Shown here piece after piece: positions 10,292 to 23,100 of a DNA stretch of 64,000 nt. Every line of letters starts with the position of its first letter. Position 1 is the stretch's first letter. A model generated the notes under the pieces. It saw nothing but the letters and a program-made list of their open reading frames with translations. It ran no database searches and was not told the origin of the DNA. The stretch is from Centroscyllium fabricii (Eukaryota). Position numbers and translations under genes: made by a program. The stretch covers positions 11,098,001 to 11,162,000 of the forward strand of contig JBNRSN020000014.1 of NCBI GenBank assembly GCA_051313645.2. The letters are read 5' to 3'.

Positions 10292-13200
10292 TGTGGCGGC
10301 ACGCCCACTGGGACACCGAATCCGCCACGGGAACTCTGCGGAGCAGAGCCCCGCTCATCCGGGTGACGCGACGACGTCACCACGTCTGCCGACGCGATGA
10401 CGTCACCAACCGCGGGACTGTTTAAATATGCTTGTTGCGAGTGGTTCACTCTCTTTCTTGTTTAGGTCTAGTGTATTAAAGTTGTGTTTTCTCTAGCTCT
10501 GGCTCACGTGTGGTTCCTAGGCCTTGCCGGCGCTACAGTGGTGACCCCGAATTGGAACGACTTCCAAAGAAGAAAAGCTGCCGCAGGATCTGGGACCACC
10601 AGCCAAAGAACTTTTCAAACAGAAAACATGGCAAGACCAAGGAACCAAGCTCCACGAACGCAAGGACTTGGCCAGAACTTAGGACGTGGACTAACCCTAC
10701 CCGAGTTCTGGGAGCAACGGCCAGCGGCCTGGTTTATGTGCATCGAGACCAGCTGCCGCACACATGGCATCCAGGGGGATGACCGCTACGACCTGGTGTT
10801 CTCAGCCCTACCGCAGTCGACGATCGAGCGGATGTGGTCAAAAATACAGCGTGTGCCCACCACAGGCAGGTACGAATCCCTCAAGGCCGCGCTTATAAAT
10901 TTTTTTACCCCCTCTCAATTTGAGCGCGACTGCCAGCTCCTCGACCTCCCCGAACTCGGGGACGCAGACCCATCGGACCTCTTAGGTCAGATGCAGGCGT
11001 TCACACCCAATCCGGCCTCCCTCTTCTGCACCGTCTTCCTCCTTAAACTTCCCCGCTCCATCAGACCGGCCTTGGCGGCCCTTGGCCAACGGAGCGATGA
11101 CGAGCTCGCGGAGGAAGCCGACAGGCTCATGGAGGCGCAGCGCACCCGCTCAACCATGTGCGACCCTAACTCCGCATCGGTAGAGCGCAGCCAATCACCC
11201 CCCAGGCCTAACTTTACGCCTGAACCTAGGGCCCCGCGCCCACCTAGGCAACCGCGTCCCTCTAGCACCGGCTGGTGCTACTACCACACGCGGTTCGATA
11301 ACAAAGCGCACCGCTGCGTCCAGCCATGCGCGTTCAAGCCACGGCCCAACTCAGCCCCCACCATGTCTGTAGGCCACACAGGAGCACTGCTCTTTGTTAC
11401 AGACAGTGGCACAGGCCTTAGGTTCCTCTGCGACACAGGCGCGCAGCACAGCATCGTGCCAGCCTCTGCTGCAGAAACCAAACAAGGCACCCGGGGCCCG
11501 CCACTAGCGGCGGCCAACGGCTCCAGTATTAAAACGTACGGCACCCGCAAGCTTACTATTACTCTTGCAAGCCACACGTACACCTGGGATTTCGTCACAG
11601 CCCAGGTCACATCGCCCCTCCTCGGGGCAGATTTCCTCTGCGCCTACGGCCTACTGGTCGACGTAACCCGGCACCGCTTGGTCAACATGAATACCATGAC
11701 GACCATCCCATGCTCCACAGGGCCCGCACTCCTGGCCCACGCGGCAGCCCAATGCCGCTCCCGGAACTCCGATGCCTACGGCACACTTCTTGCAGAGTTC
11801 CCCACCCTAACCAACCCCACGTTCACCACCCGACAGGCCAAGCACGGGGTGGAACACTTTATAATGACCACAGGCCCTCCCGTCCATGCCCACGCCCGTA
11901 GGCTCGACCCGGCCAAGCAGGAGATCGCGCGCACCGAGTTCCGCACCATGGAGCAACTCGGCATTATCCGCCGCTCCAACAGCCCCTGGGCCTCTCCTCT
12001 CCACATAGCCCCCAAGCCCGACGGAGGTTGGCGCCCCTGCGGCGACTACCGCCGCCTAAACAACGCCACTACCCCGGATAGGTACCCCGTACCCCACATC
12101 CAGGATTTTTCCGCCAGATTAGCGGGCTGTACGATCTTTTCCAAGATCGACCTGGTGCGTGGCTACCACCAGGTTCCGGTGCACCCGGCGGACATTCCTA
12201 AAACGGCTGTTATCACCCACTTCGGGCTCTTCGAGTTCCTCAGGATGCCCTTCGGCCTTAAAAACGCGGCCCAGGCCTTCCAGCGCCTCATGGACTCGGT
12301 CCTACGGGACTTGAAGTTCATTTTCGTCTATTTAGACGACATCCTCGTGGCCAGCACCTCCCCCCAGGAACACCTCCTGCACCTCAGGACCCTGTTCCAA
12401 CGCCTGGCCGAACACGGCCTTATACTCAGCCCCACCAAGTGCAAATTCGGCCTCGATACTATTGACTTCCTCGGCCACCGCATTTCCCAAACAGGGGCCA
12501 TACCCCTGCCCTCCAAGGTGCAGGCGGTACAGGAATTCCCCCGCCCGCACTCTATTAAAGGGCTGCAGGAATTTCTAGGCATGGTTAATTTTTATAACCG
12601 CTTTATCCCGGGAGCAGCCGCTCTCATGGCCCCCTTATACCAGGCCACCCGCGGGCAGTCCAACAAGGCTGCGGTCGAGTGGACGGCCGATGCCGCCACC
12701 GCCTTCACCGCAACTAAAACCGCCCTGGCAAACGCCACCCTCCTAGCCCACCCTAGGCCCAACGCCAGAGTAGCCCTCACCACCGACGCCTCCGACCACG
12801 CGGTCGGGGCCGTATTTGGGCAGTGGACCGGCAACTCTTGGCAGCCCCTGGCCTTTTTCAGCCGGCAACTGCGGCCCCCAGAGGTTAAGTACAGCGCCTT
12901 CGATAGGGAGCTACTCGCTCTCCATCTGGCAGTGCGACATTTTTGTTTCCTCCTGGAGGGCCGCCACTTCACAGCCTTCGTCGACCATAAGCCGCTCACG
13001 TTTGCGATGGCTAAGGTCGCCGAACCCTGGTCGGCTAGGCAGCAGCGCCAACTCGCGGCCATGTCGGAATTTACTACTGACATCCAACACATTTCCGGCC
13101 GCGACAACGTGGTCGCTGACTGCCTCTCACGCCCCACCATTAACGCCGCCCAAATGGCGGTCGATTACGCCCAGCTGTCCGCTGACCAGCTGGCCGACCC

Positions 13201-14743
13201 TGACCTGCTCAATGCAGCAGCAAATCTCCCTGGCCTCCGCTTGGCCAAAATCGCGCACGGCCCCGCCGCCACCGTCGTCTGCTGTGACGTATCCCTACCG
13301 CAGCCCAGGCCCGTCGTCCCCCACGCTTGGAGGCGACACATATTTAGGACCCTCCATGACCTGTCCCACCCCGGCACCCGCGCGTCCATTAAATTAATCT
13401 CGGCCCGGTTCGTATGGCGCGGCCTGCGCAAGGACGTTCGCGCTTGGGCCAGCTCCTGCATTGCCTGCCAGCGCTCCAAAGTGCATAAGCACATCAGGGC
13501 ACCGCTGGAAACTTTTAAAGTACCGGCCAGACGCTTTGACCACGTCCACGTTGATCTCGTCGGGCCACTACCGCCATCCCGGGGCCACATGCACGTTATG
13601 ACCATGGTCGACCGCAACACTCGCTGGCCTGAAGCAGTCCCCCTCACCGCCACCGGCACCACGGACTTGGCCAGGGCGTTCATCGCCACCTGGGTCGCCC
13701 GCTTCGGCGTGCCCACCGACATCACCTCCGACAGAGGACCCCAGTTTACGTCGGCATTATGGGCGGCCATCGCCCGCGACCTCGGGGTAACGCTACATCA
13801 AACCACTGCATACCACCCACAAGCGAACGGGCTATGCGAACGGTTCCACCGCCCAATGAAGGCATCGCTACGAGCTACGCTCAAGTACGCGTCGTGGACC
13901 GACCGCCTTCCATGGGTTCTCCTCGAGCTGCGCTCGGCAGTTAAGGAAGACCTAAACGCCTCGGCAGCAGAACTCGTCTACGGCCAAACATTAACAGTGC
14001 CGGGCGAGTTCCTAGCCGAGCCCAACGCTCCCTGGTCAGCCGACCAGTATTTAAAAGACTTTGCCAACCCGGCACGAGCTTTCCAGCCACTACCAGTGGC
14101 CCGGCATGGAGAGCCGGCAGCTCGGGTGCCAGACGGCATCAAAAACGCTAAATTCGTGTTCGTCCGGCGCGACGGACACCGATCTCCACTACAGCCACCG
14201 TACGATGGCCCCTACAGAGTGCTTCGGGCGGGAGCTAAAACTTTTGAACTACAAATGGGCAATAGAACCGAAACTGTGACAATAGACCGGCTCAAGCCGG
14301 CACACGTTATAGCGGGCGAGACGACTGTCCCCGCACAACCACCACAACGCGGTCGCCCTTCCGCAACAAAACCCGCCCACACTCCACCGCAGAACCAGAA
14401 GCAACAGGCAACACGGTCCGGCCGCATTATCCGGCCACCACAACGGCTCACATAGACTCTTTTACTATTCCTCCCGGACGGATTCTTGGGGGAGCTGTGT
14501 GGCGGCACGCCCACTGGGACACCGAATCCGCCACAGGAACTCCGCGGAGCAGAGCCCCGCTCATCCGGGTGACGCGACGACGTCACCACGTCTGCCGACG
14601 CGATGATGTCACCAACCGCGGGACTGTTTAAATATGCTTGTTGCGAGTGGTTCACTCTCTTTCTTGTTTAGGTCTAGTGTATTAAAGTTGTGTTTTCTCT
14701 AGCTCTGGCTCACGTGTGGTTCCTAGGCCTTGCCGGCGCTACA
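10292..14743 (+). mobile_element. Full-length Gypsy LTR retrotransposon (CsRn1 lineage), apparently intact
   Basis: 246-bp LTRs 10292-10537 and 14498-14743 with 3 visible differences; 4-bp TSD tgct; PBS tggtgaccccga (10539-10550) complementary to the tRNA-Trp 3' end; PPT ttgggggagctg. Confidence 0.97.
10628..14455 (+). CDS. Gypsy gag-pol polyprotein (Gag CHCC, protease, RT, RNase H, integrase), 1275 aa, uninterrupted
   Basis: CDTGAQ; VYLDD; TTDAS; H..SH..C..C zinc finger; HVDLVG/SDRG/CERF DDE; GPY motif. Confidence 0.93.
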   Translation: MARPRNQAPRTQGLGQNLGRGLTLPEFWEQRPAAWFMCIETSCRTHGIQGDDRYDLVFSALPQSTIERMWSKIQRVPTTGRYESLKAALINFFTPSQFERDCQLLDLPELGDADPSDLLGQMQAFTPNPASLFCTVFLLKLPRSIRPALAALGQRSDDELAEEADRLMEAQRTRSTMCDPNSASVERSQSPPRPNFTPEPRAPRPPRQPRPSSTGWCYYHTRFDNKAHRCVQPCAFKPRPNSAPTMSVGHTGALLFVTDSGTGLRFLCDTGAQHSIVPASAAETKQGTRGPPLAAANGSSIKTYGTRKLTITLASHTYTWDFVTAQVTSPLLGADFLCAYGLLVDVTRHRLVNMNTMTTIPCSTGPALLAHAAAQCRSRNSDAYGTLLAEFPTLTNPTFTTRQAKHGVEHFIMTTGPPVHAHARRLDPAKQEIARTEFRTMEQLGIIRRSNSPWASPLHIAPKPDGGWRPCGDYRRLNNATTPDRYPVPHIQDFSARLAGCTIFSKIDLVRGYHQVPVHPADIPKTAVITHFGLFEFLRMPFGLKNAAQAFQRLMDSVLRDLKFIFVYLDDILVASTSPQEHLLHLRTLFQRLAEHGLILSPTKCKFGLDTIDFLGHRISQTGAIPLPSKVQAVQEFPRPHSIKGLQEFLGMVNFYNRFIPGAAALMAPLYQATRGQSNKAAVEWTADAATAFTATKTALANATLLAHPRPNARVALTTDASDHAVGAVFGQWTGNSWQPLAFFSRQLRPPEVKYSAFDRELLALHLAVRHFCFLLEGRHFTAFVDHKPLTFAMAKVAEPWSARQQRQLAAMSEFTTDIQHISGRDNVVADCLSRPTINAAQMAVDYAQLSADQLADPDLLNAAANLPGLRLAKIAHGPAATVVCCDVSLPQPRPVVPHAWRRHIFRTLHDLSHPGTRASIKLISARFVWRGLRKDVRAWASSCIACQRSKVHKHIRAPLETFKVPARRFDHVHVDLVGPLPPSRGHMHVMTMVDRNTRWPEAVPLTATGTTDLARAFIATWVARFGVPTDITSDRGPQFTSALWAAIARDLGVTLHQTTAYHPQANGLCERFHRPMKASLRATLKYASWTDRLPWVLLELRSAVKEDLNASAAELVYGQTLTVPGEFLAEPNAPWSADQYLKDFANPARAFQPLPVARHGEPAARVPDGIKNAKFVFVRRDGHRSPLQPPYDGPYRVLRAGAKTFELQMGNRTETVTIDRLKPAHVIAGETTVPAQPPQRGRPSATKPAHTPPQNQKQQATRSGRIIRPPQRLT

Positions 14744-14804
14744 TGCTGCCATTTTCACATGCTTCTCAAAGGGGCTTCGTTTGAACCAATAAAATGGTAC
14801 TGGC

Positions 14805-15088
14805 TGTGGTAAACCACCATCTTGTATATATTGTATAGTGTCTCCCCCTTGTAATTACTGTGCTGTACTGTACTGTACTGTATGATTACAACTCCTTGCC
14901 TTCTTGTCTGGGAGGACTCATCTGGGAGGACCTCGCTCTTTGGCTTCCACCCACAGGGTATAAGAGTGCCAGCCCACCTGAGTGCTTTCACTTTGGCTCG
15001 GAAGATCATCAGACCTGTGTCCAGTTCTAAGTTAATAAAAGCCTCAGTTGCATCGAACCATCGACTGGTAGTAATTGATTGTGCATCA
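14805..15088 (+). mobile_element. Solo LTR (same lineage as the 3335 and 27635 elements)
   Basis: tgtggtaaacc...tgcatca; TATA; AATAAA; 5-bp TSD ctggc. Confidence 0.9.
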
Positions 15089-15411
15089 CTGGCCATAAGA
15101 CAAAGCCACCAGTACACAATCACGACTGCAAGTGCCTTCCTCTTGAAACAAATCCTCGTCAATTCAATGTGAGATATTCGACCATAATCTGGATTTGATG
15201 GTCAGCGATACAAAATTGTGTCCATTGGTGTTCACCGGTTGCGATTGGCTTCAAGTGAACTGGCAGGCACTGCGCGATGTCATTCTCATACGTGGCCTCT
15301 GAAGATGGGCAAGTGGTTGAATCAGCCCTCCCCACTGATACTGCAACAGTCTGGACCTGTGGATGGGGGGGCGGGGTTTGCAGTTCCAGGCGCCGACGCT
15401 CCAGGAGGTCA

Positions 15412-15710
15412 CAAGAACATAAGAAATAGGAGCAGGAGTCGGCCTATCGGCCCCTCGAGCCTGCTCCGCCAATCAATAAGATCATGGCTGATCTGATCTT
15501 AACCTCAAATCTACTTTCACTCTCCATCCCGCCCGAACCCATGTGATCTCCCGAGAGAGGCGAAAAACCAGACAAAAAACCCAATGGCCAATTTGGGAGA
15601 AGAAAATCTGGGAAATTCCTCTCCGACCCATCTAGGCGATCGAAACTGGTCCAGGAGATCACTCTGGCCCTGAATTTCCTGCAGAACCTACCTTCTGTAA
15701 GAGGTGACCA
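15412..15710 (-). mobile_element. CR1-type 3' UTR/tail fragment
   Basis: Shared with 57836-58090 and 60466-60713; ends in the CR1 tail. Confidence 0.7.
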
Positions 15711-15879
15711 GGCCACACGGCCCCCGGGCCCGCTCCAGGAGGTCCTCTGATCTCCTTGCTAGGTGACCAAAGGTAAAAAGTGCAGGAGTGAAATGAAGTC
15801 AGAAATTGAAGAGCGGCCCCCTCAGATAATGAAAAACAACCTCTCGATTCAGTGGCTGGAGCGGCAACAGGAGTTTCCT

Positions 15880-16730
15880 AGAATCTCACAGCACAGGAGG
15901 AGGCCATTCGGCCCATCGTGCCTGTGCCGGCTCTTTGAACGAGCTCTCCAATTAGTCCCCCTCCCCCCCGGCTCTTTCCCCAGAGCCCCGCAAATGTTGC
16001 CTTTTCAATTGCTTATCCAGTTCCCTTTTGAAAGTTACTATTGAATCTGCTTCCACCGCCCTTTCAGGCAACACGTTCCAGATCACAACAACTCGCTGTG
16101 TAAAAAACATTCTCCTTGTGGTAAACCACCATATTGTATATATTGTGTAGTGTCTCCCCCTTGTGTCCCCTCCCTATAATTACTGTACCTGTATTTGTAA
16201 TTGTGACTCCCTGCCTTCTTGTCTGGGAGGACTCGTCTGGGAGGACCCCGCTCCTTCGCTTCCTCTCCAGGCTCCGCCCACAAGGTATAAAAGTGCCAGC
16301 ACACCTCGGTGCTTTCACTTTGACTCAGAAGATCGCCAGACCTGTGAGCAACAGTTCTAACGTCAATAAAAGCCTCAGTTGCATCGAACCATCGACTGCT
16401 TGTAATTGATTGTGCATCACTCCTCATCTCCCCCTCTGGGTCTTTTGACGATTATCTTCAATCTGTGTCCTCTGGTTACCCACCCTCCCACCACTGGGAA
16501 CAGTTTCTCCTTATTTACTCTATCAAAACCCCTCATGATTTTGAACACCTCGATTAAATCTCCCCTTAACCTTCTCTGCTCCAGGGAGAAAAACCCCAGC
16601 TTCTCGAGTCTCTCCACATAACTAAAGTCCCTTATCCTCGGTTCCATTCTGCAAGGCCTTGCCATCCTTCCTATCGTGTGGTGCCCAGAATTTAATACTC
16701 CAGCTGAGGTCTAACCAGTGATTTATGAAT
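15880..16730 (-). mobile_element. CR1 LINE 3' fragment interrupted by a solo LTR
   Basis: YVERLEKLGFFSLEQRRLRGDLIEVFKI..TRGH. Confidence 0.85.
16117..16419 (+). mobile_element. Solo LTR
   Basis: TG..CA; 5-bp TSD ctcct; paralogous to 14805-15088. Confidence 0.9.
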
Positions 16731-17327
16731 ATTCATTCCTTTCTTTTAAGTTTCTCCATCCTGTCTGATTCGATTCTTTCCAAATTGGAGCTTCCAACAC
16801 CACCAAAACAAATCAATTGGTCATTCATCTCACTGCTGTTGTGGGATCTTACTGATATGCTGCTCCATTTGCCGATATGACAACTAACGACGTTTCAAAG
16901 ACGTCATTTATTGGCTGTGAAACGCTTGGGATGGTTTGAGAATCTACAGAAATGCAAGCTGTTTCTTCTGATAAGGTTCCCTCTCGGCCACATCCACCTG
17001 ATACCCTGCCAACAATGCAAGGAATAGAGTGTCCAGCAGACATGAACATCATTCTGATTTAGTTTTATAACTTTCCTTTTGCTTTGTTGAAAAGTACACT
17101 TCATGTTTAAGTTCCTTTATTAGTTATGCCCCTTTAAAAAAAGGGAAACGTGTCAATTTGTTTTTGCTGTTGATGACATTCAGGCCACCCAGTATCATCC
17201 TCATGGATCATTTAGAGTGTCGGCCGTGACTCAGTGGGTCGCTCTCTCGCCTCTCAGTCAGAAGGTTGTGGAGTCAAGTCTCACTCCAGGAACTTGAGCA
17301 CAAATATCTAGGCTGACACTCCAGTGC

Positions 17328-17885
17328 AGTACTGAGGGAGTGCCGCACTGTCGGAGGGGCTGTACTGAGGGAGCACCGCACTGTCGGAGGGGCAGTACTG
17401 AGGGAGTGCCGCACTGTCAGAGGGGCTGTACTGAGGGAGCACCGCACTGTCGGAGGGGCAGTACTGAGGGAGTGCTGCACTGTCGGAGGGTCAGTACCGA
17501 GGGAGCGCCGCACTGTCGGAGGGGCAGTACTGAGGGAGCGACGCACTGTCGGAGGGGCAGTACTGAGGGAGCGCCGCACTGTCGGAGGGGTGGTACTGAG
17601 GGAGAGTCGCACTGTCGGCGGGGCGGTACTGAGGGAGCGCCGCACTGTCGGAGGGGTGGTACTGAGGGAGCGCCGCACTGTCAGAGGGGCAGTACTGAGG
17701 GAGCGCTGCACTGTCGGAGGGGCAGTACTGAGGGAGCGCCGCACTGTCGGAGGGGTGGTACTGAGGGAGAGTCGCACTGTCGGCGGGGCGGTACTGAGGG
17801 AGCGCCGCACTGTCGGAGGGTCAGTACTGAGGGAGCGCCGCACTATCGGAGGGGCAGTACTGAGGGAGCGCCGCACTGTCGGAGA
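17328..17885. repeat. 33-bp minisatellite (agtactgagggagcgccgcactgtcggaggggc), about 17 copies
   Basis: Direct tandem units read from the sequence. Confidence 0.95.
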
Positions 17886-18094
17886 TGCCGTCTTTCGGAT
17901 AAGACGTTTAACTGAGACCCTGTCTGCTCTCTCAGGTGGAGGTAGGAACAAGAGGGGACCATTTAGCCTCACAAGCCTATTCTGCCATTCAATCAGATCA
18001 TTGCTGATCTGCGACCGAACTCCATCCGCCTGCCTTTGGCCTATAATACCTTTCGTTCACAAAGTTCTATCAATCGCAGATTTAAAATGAACAA

Positions 18095-18491
18095 CCACAC
18101 GGTGGCGCAGTGGTTAGCACTGCTGTCTCACAGCACTGGAGACCCGGGTTCAAATCCAGCCTCGGGTACTATCTGTGTGGAGTTTGCACATTCTCCCCGT
18201 GTCTGCGTGGGTTTCCTCCGGGTGCTCCGGTTTCCTCCCACAGTCCAAAGATGTGTGGGTTAGGTTGATTGGCCATGATAAATTGACCCTTAGAGTTAGG
18301 GGGATTGAATATGTGGGGTTACGGGGATAGGGTGGGATATGTGTCGGTGTAGGCTCGATAGGGATCGAGGGATATGGGGACAAGGCAGGGACAGGGTACT
18401 GGGTTTGGATGATCAGCCATGATCTCATTGAATGGCGGAGCAGGCTCAAAGGGCTGAATGGCCTACTCCTGCTCCTAGTTTCTATGTTTCT
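18095..18491 (+). mobile_element. HE1/V-SINE
   Basis: ggtggcgcagtggttagc..gggttcaaatcc head, V-domain, CR1 tail. Confidence 0.9.
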
Positions 18492-19079
18492 AATTGACCT
18501 AGCATCAATTGCCATTTGCGGAAGGATGTTCCAAACTGCGACTGTCCTTTGTGTGTTGATGTGTTTCCTAATTTTAGTCCTGTAAAAGATCCCATGGCAC
18601 TGTTTTGAAGAAGAGCATGGGAGTTCTCCCCGGTGTCCTGGACAATATTTATCCCTCGATCAACATCACTAAAACAGATTATCCGGTCGTTATCACATTG
18701 CTGTTTGTGTGGGAGCTTGCTGTGCGCAAATTGGCTGCCGCATTTCCGACATTACAACAGTGACTCCACTTCAAAAAAAAGTACTTCATTGGCTGTAAAG
18801 CACTTTGGGACATCCTGTGAAAGGCGCTATATAAATGCAAGTCTTTCTTCTATCTTTCATTCCGGGTTTGTTGATCTCACCTGCGACGGTGCGGATGGGG
18901 AGGGGAGGGGAGGGGTCTACACTTGGCATCAGAACCCTAGACCGGGGAAAGTAAGAAATCAGCCCCAATCACGAAGTGCTGGAAAGTGTTTGTGTGAGAA
19001 CACGGCGGGGACTTTGAATGGCCCAGTGGCTTGCTGCTGACTAACAACTGAAGAATAGCCACTTGGATGAAAAGAAAAG

Positions 19080-19790
19080 AAAAAGATTTGCATTTCTGCA
19101 GCACAATTCACGACCACCGGACATTCCAAAGCGCTTTACAGCCAATTAAGTACTTTTTGAAGTGTAGTCACTGTTGCAATGTGGGAAACACGGCAGCCAA
19201 TTGCACACAGCAAGCTCCCACAAACAGCAATGTAATTATGGCCAGATAATCTGTTTTAGTGATGTTGATTGAGAGATAAATATTGGCCCCGGGACACCAG
19301 GGAGAACTCCCCTGCTCTTCTTCAAAATAGCGCCATGTGATCCACCTCAGAGAGCAGACGGGGCCTCGGTTTAACGTCTGATCTGAAAGACAGCCCCTCC
19401 GACAGTGCGGCCGCCCTCAGTACTGCCCCTCTGACAGTGCGGCACGCCCTCAGTACTGCCCCTCCGGCAGTGCGGCACGCCCTCAGTACTGCCCCTCCGA
19501 CAGTGCGGCACGCCCTCAGTACTGCCCCTCCGACAGTGCGGCACGCCCTCAGTACTGCCCCTCCGACAGTGCACTCTTCTCAGTACTGCCCCTCCGACAG
19601 TGCGGCACGCCCTCAGTACTGCCCCTCCGACAGTGCGCTCTTCTCAGTACTGCCCCTCCGACAGTGCGGGACGCCCTCAGTGCTGCACTGGGAGTGTGAG
19701 CTTGGATTTTTGTGCTCAAGTCTCTGGAGTGGGACTTGAACCCACAGACCTTCTGACTCAGAGGCGAAGGTGCTGCCCACTGAGCCCTGG
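19080..19790 (-). mobile_element. SacSINE1-like DeuSINE with about 9 tandem 31-33-bp units (19394-19688)
   Basis: Reverse complement of the Deu domain and tRNA-like head. Confidence 0.8.
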
Positions 19791-19924
19791 CGGGCACGTA
19801 CATTATGAGACGGCACTGTAAAAGGTACTCCGTGGGCTGTAGTAGGAGGCGGTGACTTGGGGCACGGTGTGGTAGAAATGGCCATTCTGTGCGATTGATG
19901 ATGTTGGGGCAAGAGGTTGGTGCC

Positions 19925-20109
19925 TCTCAATGACATCATCGATTGCCCCTCAGTGATGTCCTCGATCTCCTCTCAATGATGTCCTCGATCTCCTCTCAAT
20001 GACGGCAGAGATCTCCTCTCAATGATGGCATAGATCTCTCAATGACGGCATAGATCTCTCAATGACGCCATAGATCTCCTCTCAATGACGGCAGTGATCT
20101 CCTCTCAAT
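19925..20109. repeat. ~19-22-bp minisatellite (gatctcctctcaatgacggca), left part
   Basis: Tandem units; resumes after the chromovirus at 25631. Confidence 0.9.
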
Positions 20110-23100
20110 TGTCATAGGTTGGATTCCCCTTTAACTCCTAGGTGGGCTCTTCTCCTTTAAACTGGTCAGCACCTCGTTAACTACTGCATGCACCTGATTG
20201 GACAGCCCAGATTAACCAGTAGTATCTAGAGCTGTATATAAGCTCCCACTTTTCACCATGAGGTTGCCAGATCGTTAATTCTTCTGACTGTGATACTTGT
20301 GTTTAGTTCCTAGCTCTCTGATCCTGTCTGTTCGTGATACTGACCTGCTTACCGGAAATTTGGATTCTCTTCTGCTTGAACTCTGTTTTTGGATTTGTCG
20401 CTCCCTTGGACGGACTACCCGGAATATTACTGTTTCTGAATTTGGATTCTCTCCTGCCTGAACTCTGTTTTGGACTTGTTGCCTCCGTGAACTTTCTGCC
20501 GTTATTGACCTACTGTTTCCCATATCTTTTGACTGCTCAGGAATAAAGGAGTTTACTTCTACGCAAGTTTTCGGTGTATTGCATTTGGGCCCCACCTACA
20601 ACCGTTACAGAACGATCTGGCCAGAAATGGACCCAGCAGACACACCGAATCGTCTTGCACAGGCCGAGTGCGCCCTAAGGCACCAGGGGCAGGCCTTGGG
20701 GAAGTTATTCACTCAATTGGAGCAGCTAACCACCGCCCTGATCCAACAAGCAGCTAAGGACGCGGAAGGGATTCCACCACCACCAGTTTTTGCTCCAGTA
20801 TCGGTGTCGGCATCAATGCCTCACCCACAGGGCCTCACACCGGAACCCCGGGTCGGGGTCCCGGAGCGTTATGCCGGTGAAGCTGGGGAATGCAATCCCT
20901 TTCTCACAAACTGTTCCATTCTTTTTTCATTGCAGCCCCACACCTTTGCCAATGAGGCGGCAAAGGTAGCCTTTGCTATTAACCACCTTACAGGAAGGGC
21001 TCGTCTCTGGGGAACCGCCGAGTGGGAAAGAGAGACTATGGCTTGCTCTTCCTTCCAGAGGTTCGCCATCGAATTAAGAAGGGTGTTCGGTATGGTGACC
21101 TATGGCTCTGAAGCAGCTCGGGGACTCATGAATCTGAGCCAGGTTAATCAGACAGTGGCCGACTATTCCATAGACTTCCGAATCAGAGCTCGTCAGAATG
21201 ATTGGAACTCTGCTGCATTATGTGACGTTTTTCTTCATGGGCTTGCTGAGTACATCAAGGATGAACTGGTCTCCTATGATCTTCCTTCCACCCTGGATGA
21301 ACTAATTAGTCTTGCCACCAGGATCGATCTCCGTATCCAGGCGCGTCGACGTGAGAGACGACTGGGAACGACTGGTCGACCTCCTCCGAAACGGTCCCAA
21401 GAGATATTCGTGGCGCCCAGGTCTACTGCGACAGCAGGGTCACAGCCAGTGGGTCCCGAACCTATGCAGTTGGGTCGCACCAGTCTCTCATTGGTGGAGC
21501 ATGAACGACGCCGCCAGGGGAATCTCTGTTTGTACTGCGGCCAGGCCGGCCATTTTGTTTCCCAATGCCCAGCAAAGGGTCCGGACTCACCAGTAGATGG
21601 TGTCGTACTGGTGAGTCGAACTCCTACAAGACTCTCTCCCAATCCACGACCCTTGTGCCAGGCCAGACTTCTTCTTCCCAGGGGATCCCAGACTCTCGTC
21701 ACCTTTATTGACTCTGGAGCCGACGTCAACATTATTGATGAGGATCTTGTCACACAGCTGGAGATTGACCGGGTTCCACTGCCACAGCCGGTTCCTGCCA
21801 ACGCCCTCGACGGTCACCTCCTGGGAACGGTGACACATCAGACCTCACCGGTTCACATGCTTATGTCTGGTAATCATCATGAAAGTATTCAATTTCATAT
21901 CCTGAGATCACCTCGGCTTCCTTTGATTCTGGGACACACTTGGCTTCGCCGCCACAACCCCCACATTGACTGGAACACGGGAGCTATTGTGGGGTGGAGT
22001 TCCTCCTGTCACCAGGTCTGTCTGAAACAGCTACCGTCTTCCGACAGCCATTAACACCTCTTCCCGCCTCAGATCTTTCGGTGGTTCCCACTGAATACCA
22101 CGATTTTAGGGAGGTATTCAGCAAGGCTAGAGCCACGTCTCTGCCTCCACATCGCCCCTATGACTGCGTCATTGATCTGCTGCCAGGTTCTTCCCCACCC
22201 AAGGGACGTCTGTATTCCTTGTCTGCACCTGAGAGGGAGGCCATGGAAACGTACATCAGCGACTCTATGGCGGCGGGGACCATCCGTTCCTCTTCATCAC
22301 CTGCTGGGGCTGGATTCTTTTTTGTGGGTAAGAAGGACGGGTCGCTGCGACCATGCATCGACTACAGGGGACTTAATGACATCACAATAAAGAACCGGTA
22401 TCCTCTTCCTCTCATCTCTTCTGCTTTTGAGTTGCTACAGGGGGCGACCATCTTTACTAAGCTGGACCTTCGTAACGCCTATCATCTAGTCCGGATCCGA
22501 GAGGGCGATGAATGGAAGACTGCTTTCAACACTCCCTCTGGACATTATGAATACCTCGTAATGCCGTTCGGGTTAACCAACGCCCCGGCGGTATTCCAAG
22601 CCTTGGTTAATGACATATTACGAGACATGCTGAACCGGTTTGTGTTCGTGTACATGGACGACATTTTAATCTTTTCTAAGTCTCGTGAGGAGCATGTTCA
22701 CCATGTCCAGACTGTCCTGCAACGGCTTCTCGAGAACTCATTATTTGTGAAGGCGGAGAAGTGTGAGTTTCACGTCACTACCGTTTCTTTCTTGGGGTAC
22801 ATCATTGCGCAGGGGAGCGTGCAGATGGATCCAGAGAAGGTGTCAGCTGTCGCGTCATGGCCTATTCCAGAGACACGTAAACAGCTACAGTGGTTTCTGG
22901 GATTCACTAATTTCTATCGACGGTTCATTCGCAGCTACAGCACGGTAGCGGCTCCGTTATCGGCTCTTACCTCCTCTAAAGTGCTGTTCCTGTGGTCTTC
23001 TGCAGCGGAGGAGGCTTTTCGAGGTCTCAGGTCCCGGTTCACCTCTGCTCCCATTCTCCAGGTGCCTGATCCGGATCAGCAGTTCGTGGTAGAGGTGGAC

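Larger units (their letters stand above)
17218..18850 (+). mobile_element. SacSINE1-like DeuSINE with internal 33-bp tandem expansion, interrupted by CR1 and HE1 SINE sequence
   Basis: tRNA-like head; Deu-domain tgccgtctttcggat..ctctcaggtgga / gtaaaagatcccatggcact..gttctccccggtgtcctgg. Confidence 0.8.

Noticed and set aside
14748-17217. Exons of a neighbouring host gene upstream of CDC37
   Set aside because: No recognisable coding sequence in the short non-repetitive stretches; small or non-coding exons cannot be excluded
17328-17885. CRISPR-like array or repetitive protein ORFs (232, 191 and 166 aa)
   Set aside because: Head-to-tail 33-bp units without unique spacers inside a SINE; the ORFs result from a unit length divisible by 3 with no stops
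18098-18170. tRNA gene
   Set aside because: tRNA-derived head of an HE1 SINE followed by V-domain and LINE tail; the same applies to the other SINE heads
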